From an uncultured Roseburia sp. (GTDB lineage Bacteria; Bacillota; Clostridia; Lachnospirales; Lachnospiraceae), in NCBI GenBank assembly GCA_944375975.1, contig CALWBG010000001.1:1-56836 (forward strand): 56,836 nt of DNA, in the 5' to 3' direction. The first letter of the stretch is position 1. Every line of letters starts with the position of its first letter. Position numbers and translations under genes: made by a program. Under the pieces are notes generated by a model. That model saw nothing but the letters and a program-made list of their open reading frames with translations. It had not been told where the DNA came from and made no database searches. This document shows positions 10,307-18,426 of the stretch, piece after piece.

Positions 10307-10343
10307 AATACTACAGTCTCTTAATTGAAGAGACTGTAGTATT
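10307..10343. terminator. Hairpin (likely bidirectional terminator) between the convergent R-M and Lamassu operons
   Basis: AATACTACAGTCTCTT-AATTG-AAGAGACTGTAGTATT perfect 16-bp inverted repeat. Confidence 0.75.
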
Positions 10344-10391
10344 ACGATAAAATTTTACCCTTTTATAAAAACATAGCAACTACCTAAAATA

Positions 10392-12068
10392 TTAAAAACT
10401 AGTAACAATAGTATCAATTTCTTTCTCTAACTTATTGTATTCTTCCTTCGACATTATATGATTTACTTTATTATCCAATTTAATAACCTTTACATCAGGA
10501 AGTTGCTCCGCAATATCCTTTCCCTCAATGGATGCTACTATAATTTGATTATCGGTTTTATCCCATGTGAGCAATGTTTTTAGAACACTTCCTAAATGCT
10601 CCTTGTCTTGTTCCAACACATTAGGCGAATCAATCACCACAGGAAAAGTGATTATTGTATCAGAAAGACTCTTTTGAGTTTCCAAAAACGATAAAACTTG
10701 TGCAACCTTACATCTTGGTCCATATGCACCACTTGCTTCTATTGATGAACCTGGTTCGCTTTCTTTAGGTACCTGTTCACTTGGAATGTCTAACAACCCG
10801 AACTTATTATTTAGATTTGACAAGTAAATATCATTAGCACTTGTTCTGCTTTGGTGATATACTCTTAACAGTTCTCTGATATTTTTGTTGTTTTCATTCA
10901 ATACTTCAATAGTTTCCGCATTTTCCTGTATCTTTTTACGGTAATCATCTAATAGCTTTCTGGTAGTTTTTGCTTTTAAATATGTATCATACAAATCTTG
11001 TTCGCTACTTAGTGAACTTTCATAATCTTTCAATTTTCTCTGATGTTGTTCATATTTTTCTTTAAGCTTTTTGATTTTCTTCTCAAACTTATCTATTTCA
11101 GCTGTTATTCTTGTATAATCATCATTTAGCGATTCCAGTAAGTATGTTCTCTCCAGTTTCTCCGCTAATGATTGTTCAAAAAACAGGCCACATCTAGGAC
11201 ATTCAACAACTTCAGTCGTTGTCGTTGGTGTAACATCCTTTCTCTTGATATATTTAGCTAAAACTTCTTTTTCATTTATTAATCGCTGATACGAATCTTC
11301 TGCTTCAACTAATTCTTTTCGATATTTCGCAATTTCCTTTAAGGTAATATTTATTTCTGCTTTTCTACTTGTAATAGCTATTTCCAAATCTGTTGTATCA
11401 AAAGCCATCTGTGTATCATCTAAGCCCATCTTAAGCGTTTCTATTACTGTTTTATATTTTTCATTTTCTTTTGATAATTTCGCTATTTTCTTGCTATTTG
11501 CCTTTTGATTCTTGTTCTGTTCTACATAATCACTATCCAACACTCCGAGGTGGAAGAAATAGCTATCTTTTCGTTGAGGCAAATCAAACTGTGTCATTCT
11601 GTCAAAAGAATATGAATTTATACTCCATCCATTCTCTTGATCAATATAATATGGTAAATAGAAAAAGGCTGGTGGACATTTTACGATAGTTCCATCTTCA
11701 TCTTTACCAACTAATTCTATACAGAAGTTAAATATGTCACTCAATGTATCACCAAATTCCGAAACGCTATTATACTTCTTTACGAATTTTCCATTTTCAA
11801 ATAGAACAAAGGAATTGTTTAATCGTCCTACAATATAGTTTTTTCCATCAAGCATGAAACTTAAAATAGTCATATAATTCAATGACTTAATTGGCTGTGG
11901 AAAATATACCTCAGCACCTAACGTATAATATAACGATTTCATTATTACTGATTTACCGTAATGATTTCCAGCACTTGTTAACATATTTTTTCCTGGAGAA
12001 AATTCTATTTTTTTAGCTTCTTTATTAGCTAAGTCTACTAATGTAATCGAATCAAAAATTAAATTCAA
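10392..12068 (-). CDS. lmuB: SMC/Rad50-like ATPase, Lamassu LmuB-like
   Basis: Walker A SAGNHYGKS, coiled coils around a CPRC zinc hook, degenerate signature SGAYGPR, Walker B VVIDSP. Confidence 0.75.
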   Translation of the reverse strand: MNLIFDSITLVDLANKEAKKIEFSPGKNMLTSAGNHYGKSVIMKSLYYTLGAEVYFPQPIKSLNYMTILSFMLDGKNYIVGRLNNSFVLFENGKFVKKYNSVSEFGDTLSDIFNFCIELVGKDEDGTIVKCPPAFFYLPYYIDQENGWSINSYSFDRMTQFDLPQRKDSYFFHLGVLDSDYVEQNKNQKANSKKIAKLSKENEKYKTVIETLKMGLDDTQMAFDTTDLEIAITSRKAEINITLKEIAKYRKELVEAEDSYQRLINEKEVLAKYIKRKDVTPTTTTEVVECPRCGLFFEQSLAEKLERTYLLESLNDDYTRITAEIDKFEKKIKKLKEKYEQHQRKLKDYESSLSSEQDLYDTYLKAKTTRKLLDDYRKKIQENAETIEVLNENNKNIRELLRVYHQSRTSANDIYLSNLNNKFGLLDIPSEQVPKESEPGSSIEASGAYGPRCKVAQVLSFLETQKSLSDTIITFPVVIDSPNVLEQDKEHLGSVLKTLLTWDKTDNQIIVASIEGKDIAEQLPDVKVIKLDNKVNHIMSKEEYNKLEKEIDTIVTSF

Positions 12069-13132
12069 ATAGATTCACCTCCGTAACAATATTTATATAT
12101 TAACAGCATTATCAATAATTTTAGATAGTATTCTTCTGAATAAGCAACTGGAATACAATCTTTGTCTTCACATTTATCATATACATCTATTAATATATTA
12201 GGAAATCCTTCTATTCCACTATCAACAGCTTCTTTAACTAATGAAATAATCTCTTTTCTAGTATTTATAAGAACTTCCTTCTTAGAAAACATATCCATCT
12301 TTATCATCGAATATCTCTGAGTATATTCTCTGATTTCTTTAACAGAAGTAATACCAAAAGTATCAAATAACTTGTTAGCATCAGGCAACTGTATTGCTAA
12401 GCCTGTAGATATTGTATTATTAATATCAGTACTAATAACGCCTTTCATTTTGAATATTTCTCTAATATCTGAACAATTCTCACCTAATTCCCAATTGAAT
12501 TTAGCATCTAATTCATCATAAATTGTTCTAAATATTGCTCTTGCTGTTGCTACCTGAAGATTAGAATCTTCTTTCAATAAGAAATTTTCAAATTGATACT
12601 CCACTTCACCTTTATGCCCTTTTGTAGAGAGATTTGACTTCACAAAGTAAAATTGTGATAAATCTACTTCCTGTTCAGAAATATTCAAATCCTTTGCAAT
12701 AGCTTTAACTATCTTTTTAACATTTGAATCTCCTTTCATGTCTGCAAGGTTGCTTTTTGTATTCGCAAAAACATTTTCTTGCTTTACAACAATATCCGTA
12801 TTACAAACTAAACTTGCTTCCTTGACATTACCCTCATATTTTTGTGCATTTTTATATAGTTTTTGAAACCATTCATCTTTTATTACAGTATTTAACGTAT
12901 ATTGCTTATCAGTACTTTTAGTTTTTACCTGATATAAATGTATTCCTGTAGGTTCATCAGGATTTTCGATAATAACTACATCTTCTATGTAATCCATAAG
13001 GATAACGTAATCCATTGAATAGTATTTCATGATTAGTTGCATCGCATAACTAACCTGAACAGTCAATCTATTTTTAGTTCTAGAGCCTGCAATATCATTT
13101 TTATTCAATTCAATCTGTTCTCCTAATGACAT
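12065..13132 (-). CDS. lmuA: Cap4/DUF4297-like dsDNA nuclease, Lamassu LmuA-like
   Basis: AGSRTKNRLTVQ...DYIEDVVI...LYQVKTK matches the Cap4-type ED...QVK nuclease motif; ATG at 13132 follows GAGGAGG; 4-bp overlap with the SMC gene. Confidence 0.75.
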   Translation of the reverse strand: MSLGEQIELNKNDIAGSRTKNRLTVQVSYAMQLIMKYYSMDYVILMDYIEDVVIIENPDEPTGIHLYQVKTKSTDKQYTLNTVIKDEWFQKLYKNAQKYEGNVKEASLVCNTDIVVKQENVFANTKSNLADMKGDSNVKKIVKAIAKDLNISEQEVDLSQFYFVKSNLSTKGHKGEVEYQFENFLLKEDSNLQVATARAIFRTIYDELDAKFNWELGENCSDIREIFKMKGVISTDINNTISTGLAIQLPDANKLFDTFGITSVKEIREYTQRYSMIKMDMFSKKEVLINTRKEIISLVKEAVDSGIEGFPNILIDVYDKCEDKDCIPVAYSEEYYLKLLIMLLIYKYCYGGESI

Positions 13133-13156
13133 GTGGCCCTCCTCTCTTGTATCTGC

Positions 13157-13208
13157 AAAAAAAAACACCTCATAATAACCCTCACAATTAAGGAGGTTAC
13201 TATGAGGT
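13157..13208 (-). terminator. Intrinsic terminator/attenuator immediately upstream of lmuA
   Basis: Minus strand ACCTCATAGTAACC...GGTTATTATGAGGT stem followed by T9; TGATATAAT extended -10 lies just upstream. Confidence 0.6.
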
Positions 13209-13309
13209 TATTATATCATATTATCACTTCCATAAGCATCAATTTTGCTCATTTTTTACATCGTTTGGCGTAAGTTGTAACACCCTACAACCCTAGTAAA
13301 ATGAAGGAT

Positions 13310-13350
13310 TTATTTGTCCAATGACTTCATCGTCGGGAATACATTCCCGA
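13310..13350 (-). repeat. att-like duplicate of the lysS catalytic-domain end (FPTMKSLDK*)
   Basis: 13313-13339 matches lysS 23291-23317 at 25/27 nt (both differences synonymous), followed by TAA; includes the TCGGGAAT-AC-ATTCCCGA inverted repeat. Confidence 0.85.
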
Positions 13351-13453
13351 TTTTTGCGTCTTGTTTCATCTGTTCTCATGAAACGATAATATCAATACTT
13401 TTTTCGTTAGTAAAGCATTTTTTCGTTGCGTCTTATTTCATCCTTGTGTTTTG

Positions 13454-13487
13454 AAATGTGTTATAAATTGAGATAAATGTGTTATAA
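13454..13487 (+). repeat. Integrase arm-type direct repeats (left end)
   Basis: AAATGTGTTATAA at 13454-13466 and 13475-13487; also TTGCGTCTTRTTTCATC at ~13354 and ~13426. Confidence 0.6.
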
Positions 13488-13537
13488 CTGCCCAATAAGA
13501 AAACCGTCCTACACTGGAGCGGTTCCCTCTATCTGGC

Positions 13538-14797
13538 CTATGAAATTTTCATTATATTCTCTGCTTTCTTTATTTCTTCCCTCTTAAAATCTTCCTTTGC
13601 ATCAACGTAAATATCCATTGTGGTAGAAATATCGCTATGTCCTAATATTTCCTGTACAGCCTTAATATTTACACCGCTTTCGACTAATCGCGTGGCAAAC
13701 GTATGCCGAAGTGTGTGACAGGAGAAACGCGGGAGCAATACAGGATTCTCTTTTCCGCTTGCAAGCTGCTCTTCGTTACAATCCCGGATAATCCGCCTCA
13801 ATGCTTTATTCAGTGTGCCTTGATGCTGAACATTACCAAAACGATTTACAAAAATAAAATCTGTAAATCCATCAATTTTGGCATTGCAAAGAACTCCATT
13901 TGCCATTCTCCACTTCTTTTCTTCTACAAATGCATGCTTGACACCGTCTAATATTGGAACCGTCCTTATGCCTGCTTTTGTTTTAGGTGTGTTCACAGAA
14001 AAATAGCAGCCTTTTCCATCTCGATGCTGATAATATACTAAGGTATGATTTATGCTTATTGTACCTTCCTTTAGATCAACGTCACTCCATCGCAATCCCG
14101 TAACCTCTCCCACCCGGAGACCTGTACCGAGCATAACAGCAAAAACCGGATACCAATGCCCATATATTTCATTGTCGCGCAGATAATCAAGAAATAAATT
14201 CTGTTCTTCAACGGTCAGAGCTTTTTTCTTTTCCATATCATAATTATGAGACTGTTTCAACTCACGCATTACATTATCAGATGGATTATTTCTCAGGTAT
14301 CCATCTTCAACAGCAAGTTCCAAAACAGGATGCAGTACAGTATGTATACTATCCAAAGTATTTATCTTTAGTCCTCGTTCATCCACAAGCGTATTATAAA
14401 ATCTACGCACATCGGACTTAACAAGCTTGCTTATTTTCTTTTTCCCAAAATCAGGGGCCACAAACTGCTGATACATATAAATGTAATTTTGCTTTGTATT
14501 ATCCTTAAGGTTTCTCTTCAGAGAAATCCAAAGATCAAAAATATCATTAACTGTTTTTTGATTATCAATCCTAATACCATCGCTTACATCTTTCTGAACC
14601 TGTTTAATCTTCTCTCGCAAAGACAGATCCGAACGTTTCCCATCTGGTATTTTATCTGTTGGCACAAGTTTCCAACTATATATTGCTTTTCTTTTTCCAT
14701 AAGCATCTACATATTGATAACGATAACGACCATCCGGCATTATGCTTTCGCCATCTTTTAAAATCCTTCCTTTGGAATCTTTCCGTTTTTCAGCCAT
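13538..14797 (-). CDS. int: Tyrosine recombinase/integrase, Tn916-like N-terminal arm-binding domain
   Basis: MAEKRKDSKGRILKDGE...GRYRYQY; catalytic GLRVGE, KTK, HTLRHTFAT, LGHSDISTTMDIY. Confidence 0.95.
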   Translation of the reverse strand: MAEKRKDSKGRILKDGESIMPDGRYRYQYVDAYGKRKAIYSWKLVPTDKIPDGKRSDLSLREKIKQVQKDVSDGIRIDNQKTVNDIFDLWISLKRNLKDNTKQNYIYMYQQFVAPDFGKKKISKLVKSDVRRFYNTLVDERGLKINTLDSIHTVLHPVLELAVEDGYLRNNPSDNVMRELKQSHNYDMEKKKALTVEEQNLFLDYLRDNEIYGHWYPVFAVMLGTGLRVGEVTGLRWSDVDLKEGTISINHTLVYYQHRDGKGCYFSVNTPKTKAGIRTVPILDGVKHAFVEEKKWRMANGVLCNAKIDGFTDFIFVNRFGNVQHQGTLNKALRRIIRDCNEEQLASGKENPVLLPRFSCHTLRHTFATRLVESGVNIKAVQEILGHSDISTTMDIYVDAKEDFKREEIKKAENIMKIS

Positions 14798-14811
14798 ATT
14801 TTCACTTCCCT

Positions 14812-15021
14812 TCATACCGTATTGGTTTTCCTGCGTTCCCGCTCCTCTTTAATGAACAATATTACAGAATGACCTATTGAAGCTTCTCTCTTACACAAAG
14901 TTTCCATTTCAGCCAATTTATCATACGGCACAACAGTCAATAACTGCTTGAATAACTCTGTAATATCAATTATTTCTTTTTGCTGTTCCACGATAATTTC
15001 ACTAGCTAAAGTTTCTTTCAT
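14812..15021 (-). CDS. Hypothetical protein (satellite, translationally coupled to its neighbours)
   Basis: 69-aa ORF whose start overlaps the upstream stop codon. Confidence 0.5.
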   Translation of the reverse strand: MKETLASEIIVEQQKEIIDITELFKQLLTVVPYDKLAEMETLCKREASIGHSVILFIKEERERRKTNTV

Positions 15022-15263
15022 TACTGCTGCAGCTCCTTTTCAATATTTTCTTGAATACACATTGCTTTCTGCACATAATCCCAAGCAATACGAACTTCCA
15101 TTAAAATCAAGCCTCTGTTTTGTGCAAACAACAGATCGTCTGTCATGTCCGTACTTACTTTCTGTAAATCGTAGCTTTCTTCCAACGAACTCAGCATATG
15201 CTCCGCCTTATCGAGGCAATCTTCTAACTCAACAAATTTGCATTCCAATTCCTGTTTAGTCAT
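15021..15263 (-). CDS. Hypothetical coiled-coil protein (satellite)
   Basis: 80-aa ORF with AGAAAGGA RBS. Confidence 0.6.
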   Translation of the reverse strand: MTKQELECKFVELEDCLDKAEHMLSSLEESYDLQKVSTDMTDDLLFAQNRGLILMEVRIAWDYVQKAMCIQENIEKELQQ

Positions 15264-15278
15264 AATCTAAATCCTTTC

Positions 15279-15307
15279 TTGATTTCTGATCGGACTGCCT
15301 CTATAAT
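15279..15307 (+). promoter_or_regulatory. Sigma-A promoter firing antisense to the integrase-operon leader
   Basis: TTGATT-17 bp-TATAAT. Confidence 0.55.
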
Positions 15308-15341
15308 TAAGACAATCCGGCTTTTCCTATGTGTTGTCGGG

Positions 15342-15581
15342 TTACTTAGCCTTTGTTGAAGTGCCAGCTTCTTCAAAGGCTTTCGTTAATCTAAGAAACG
15401 CTTCATCGTTGAGAATGCGATACTTCCAAATTGCATCTATCAGTTTTTCTATGTTATCCCACTCTTCTAACGAGAACGCCTTCTTTGCTTCACATTTCCA
15501 ATCTGATAAATAATCATCTGGTAACTGTTTCGTCAATTCAACCATCCCTACTAGCCACTCTGCAAATTCTTTTTTTGTCAT
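15342..15581 (-). CDS. Hypothetical protein (satellite)
   Basis: GGAGGTGA RBS before ATG at 15581 (MTKKEFAEWL...). Confidence 0.6.
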   Translation of the reverse strand: MTKKEFAEWLVGMVELTKQLPDDYLSDWKCEAKKAFSLEEWDNIEKLIDAIWKYRILNDEAFLRLTKAFEEAGTSTKAK

Positions 15582-15612
15582 GCTTTCACCTCCGCTTGTA
15601 TCTTTTATAGAT

Positions 15613-15699
15613 ATTTTATATCGTTTATAGTTATTTGTCAATATCGTTTAACGCTATTTTTTATTTCTAATTGACTTTTATTTTCTTAAATCGTATAAT
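15613..15699. promoter_or_regulatory. Divergent sigma-A promoters with ATATCGTTTA repeats
   Basis: Minus: TTGACA(15641-36)-17-TAAAAT; plus: TTGACT(15671-76)-17-TATAAT; ATATCGTTTA at 15618 and 15641. Confidence 0.65.
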
Positions 15700-15724
15700 A
15701 TTTATTAATCAGGAGGTATAACAA

Positions 15725-15943
15725 TTGATAAAAATTAAGGTGTCTGATCTACTCGGAAAACATAAAATGAATAGAAAACAACTTGCTGAAGCCGCCCATA
15801 TTCGTCCTAACACTGTTGGCGCTTTATATGATGAAAGCATCCAGCGACTCGACAAGGATATGCTTAACAATTTGTGTAAAGTCTTTAACTGTACTATTTC
15901 TGACATTTTGGAATATGTGCCTGATAAAGAAGATAAGTCTTGA
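15725..15943 (+). CDS. Cro/C1-type (YozG-like) HTH regulator
   Basis: MNRKQLAEAAHIRPNTVGALY...LNNLCKVFNCTISDILEY; AGGAGG RBS with TTG start. Confidence 0.85.
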   Translation: MIKIKVSDLLGKHKMNRKQLAEAAHIRPNTVGALYDESIQRLDKDMLNNLCKVFNCTISDILEYVPDKEDKS

Positions 15944-15974
15944 AAGCCGGTTCGGGATATGCTATATTGATACT

Positions 15975-16080
15975 AGAAAAAGGGAAAGCCAGAAACACAC
16001 GGCCTACCCCCAAATAATTACGATAACTGTTTTACACAGCCGTTCACTATTGGCAGTAGTGGGCGGCTACTTCTTTCCCT
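15975..16080 (+). ncRNA. Putative antisense antitoxin RNA of a type I TA module (ends approximate)
   Basis: Promoter TTGAAA(15940)-17-TATATT with TG extension; ends in hairpin AGCCGTTCACTA...TAGTGGGCGGCT plus a pyrimidine tail overlapping the toxin 3' end. Confidence 0.6.
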
Positions 16081-16165
16081 TGAAGATCTCATAACAAAGA
16101 CCAACAAGAGCGACAATGAATATCATCAACTGGATTAAATCCGAGTATGTAATGTTCATCGGCAT
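16067..16165 (-). CDS. Small hydrophobic type I toxin (holin-like), 32 aa, not in the ORF track
   Basis: MPMNITYSDLIQLMIFIVALVGLCYEIFKGKK: single TM helix and basic tail; GAAAGGAGG RBS; promoter TTGCCT(16281-76)-17-TATACT. Confidence 0.8.
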   Translation of the reverse strand: MPMNITYSDLIQLMIFIVALVGLCYEIFKGKK

Positions 16166-16296
16166 CGCCCTCCTTTCTTTCGTCTGGAGGGTTTGCCCCT
16201 CCGATAAGTGGAGGGTAGGCCGCCTTTATGCGCTCTGACTTTCCGTGCAGATAGTATAGCACATCTAGCTAAGTCAGGCAATTTATTTTATGTCTA

Positions 16297-16560
16297 TTAT
16301 TTCCAATTATTTTCAATCTCACCGGCTGGAATGATCCGCTCCACAAGAACAGCAAACTCTGCCCCGTATATATTTTTTCTTGTACCAATCCCAATTTGAG
16401 CGTAATCTCCAACTTTTGCCCCGCTCTCAAAGCACTTTATTTTCACTTTACTCCCTTGATAATCCAATTCCAAAGTTGTCAACGTGTACTGTTTTCCATT
16501 CCGGCTCATTCCGTTGTACTCACTTGTTCCGATAATTTTCAATACTAAAACATTATCCAT
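16297..16560 (-). CDS. Small beta-rich protein, putative g5p-like ssDNA-binding OB fold
   Basis: NGMSRNGKQYTL resembles the M13 g5p DNA-binding hairpin SGVSRQGKPYSL; AAGGGGG RBS before ATG at 16560. Confidence 0.5.
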   Translation of the reverse strand: MDNVLVLKIIGTSEYNGMSRNGKQYTLTTLELDYQGSKVKIKCFESGAKVGDYAQIGIGTRKNIYGAEFAVLVERIIPAGEIENNWK

Positions 16561-16637
16561 GCAATATTGTTCCCCCTTTTGGGACTTACTGGCGGCTTCA
16601 AAGGTAGGAGCAGAAACCGCCACGCCCACACTCTTAT

Positions 16638-16940
16638 TTAATTTGTAAATGCTTGTCCGTTTTCTGGCTTAAATTCCGGAGGTGTTATTCCCAGAAACTG
16701 CGCTCGATAGCTGTCTGCCCGTCCATCAGTAACAGTATAAGCAAAACAAAAATCAACATAATCTCCTTGCTTAATGCCCGATGTGTCAGACATAAGGAAG
16801 GGAATCTTACCATCTTTCGACAAAACCGAAGGTACAGCGATAACTAAATTATTCCCCTCAACTCCAATAACTTTATGGCTTGAAACCCCATTCATTCTTC
16901 TATCTATCTTTGAAAAACGTGCGCTTTCTAAATGCTGCAT
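16638..16940 (-). CDS. Hypothetical small beta-rich (OB-fold-like) protein
   Basis: AAGGAG RBS; pattern KVIGV...GIKQGDYVDF parallels the neighbour's KIIGT...GAKVGDYAQI. Confidence 0.55.
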   Translation of the reverse strand: MQHLESARFSKIDRRMNGVSSHKVIGVEGNNLVIAVPSVLSKDGKIPFLMSDTSGIKQGDYVDFCFAYTVTDGRADSYRAQFLGITPPEFKPENGQAFTN

Positions 16941-16961
16941 ATTCTCACAATCTCCTTTTTA

Positions 16962-17864
16962 TTATTCTAATTTACCAGTGTCAACATACCCGGCAATCAT
17001 GTTTTGATAATCGACGCCCATAAGAGAAAACTTATCCGCGATATCCGGCTCTGCTTCAAGAATCTGTTTCATTCGGGATTTTCTTTCCTGTTCATCTCCT
17101 TTTTTAGTTTCATCTACAATTTTCTCAAGGCGTGTTCTTTCTTTTTCAGTCAATGTATAGCTTGTTTTTACTCGCGCTTTGCTCCAAAGTTCCGCCGCTT
17201 CATCAAGTGACCTGTGATTTTCTGCATAATCTGCGGCAAACATTTTATGATAAATTTGAAATTCGCCGTAGCTAATGCCGTTTATTTCATTTTGGCCTAG
17301 TAGATCAGCACCGGGGAACTGTCCGCCCTCTGCTTTTCCGGCATATGCGGAAACAGCCAATTTTGCATCAGATTCTGCTTCCTGCAATGCTGCAAGATAT
17401 GTAGAAAAATCTGGAAACTTTGCAAGATAGCCGCTGTTTTTTGCTACTTCGCAGAAAATTTTTTGTGCAAAAAGATTGTTCTCAACGCTGCTTTCAATTA
17501 TTGATAATTCGCTGCGTGAAAGTTTGATGCCAAAATCGTGCATACACTGTAAAATCTGTAATGTTCCCGGATCAACCGGCTTCAGCGCCCAGCGTTTGAG
17601 ATCATTTCTTATGTCCTCACAAATATCGGAAATTGCTGTTTTTGCGTGATCTCGTTCCGCAGAAACATTCCCGGAATAATACGGCCATACCTGCGTCATA
17701 ATTTCTCTCTTAAAAACCTCCGGGCGGTACTTCTCTTCCATGACTCTAGCCTTTTCGCAATATTCAGAGAAATAGCGATCCGCCCGTTTCTGGAAATCAA
17801 GCACAATTTTCTTAATTTCTTCAAATTTTGTCATTTTATCATTCATCTTTATTTCTCCAATCAT
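16962..17864 (-). CDS. Hypothetical protein (satellite, ~300 aa, helical)
   Basis: Long ORF in an operon; no recognisable motif. Confidence 0.7.
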   Translation of the reverse strand: MIGEIKMNDKMTKFEEIKKIVLDFQKRADRYFSEYCEKARVMEEKYRPEVFKREIMTQVWPYYSGNVSAERDHAKTAISDICEDIRNDLKRWALKPVDPGTLQILQCMHDFGIKLSRSELSIIESSVENNLFAQKIFCEVAKNSGYLAKFPDFSTYLAALQEAESDAKLAVSAYAGKAEGGQFPGADLLGQNEINGISYGEFQIYHKMFAADYAENHRSLDEAAELWSKARVKTSYTLTEKERTRLEKIVDETKKGDEQERKSRMKQILEAEPDIADKFSLMGVDYQNMIAGYVDTGKLE

Positions 17865-18070
17865 TATTTATAATATTTCAAAATTGAGTTTTCATCTGAC
17901 TGCGCACCCGTATCAAGTCCACATCGCTTTAGTAATGCGTTTTTGGCTTCTTCTGCTTTTTTATGGCGTTCTGCCAGTCTTAAGGCGACTTCCCCTTGCG
18001 GTGTCTGAGCCATATCTAAACGCCGTTTCTGATTTCTGCAATCTTCAAGTTCCCGTTGTGTTAATGCCAT
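17864..18070 (-). CDS. Hypothetical protein (satellite)
   Basis: AGAAAGGAG RBS, 68 aa, coupled to the next gene. Confidence 0.65.
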   Translation of the reverse strand: MALTQRELEDCRNQKRRLDMAQTPQGEVALRLAERHKKAEEAKNALLKRCGLDTGAQSDENSILKYYK

Positions 18071-18426
18071 ATTTTAATCTCCTTTCTATGGTTTGCCTGA
18101 TAAATGATGTAGTTCTGTTCGGTCTATCTCTCGCCATCCGTCATCCTTTCCGTCATTGCCTTTTTAATATTTTTTAATTTTCAGAGATACCTTTTTATAC
18201 TTGTTGCAGAAAAGATAGGTCACTATCCATCAGCGCACGAACACACAAGACCCCGCCGGCCTATCCCTGCTGCCGTCTACGTTTTCAATAAAATTCTTTG
18301 ATTTTCAATGTTCTTATATCTTGCAGAAAGAATATTTATCTGCATAAAATCATTGATTCTAAAGCATTGTCAGCAATTTACTCATGCATATAACACACTA
18401 TTTAACTCAAAGCACGCTTAAAAACA

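Larger units (their letters stand above)
6110..13340. mobile_element. AT-rich defence island or remnant integrative element (left boundary approximate)
   Basis: Visible drop in GC relative to flanks; R-M and Lamassu-like cargo; gene remnants at the left end; lysS-3'-like att sequence at the right end; no integrase of its own in the window. Confidence 0.6.
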
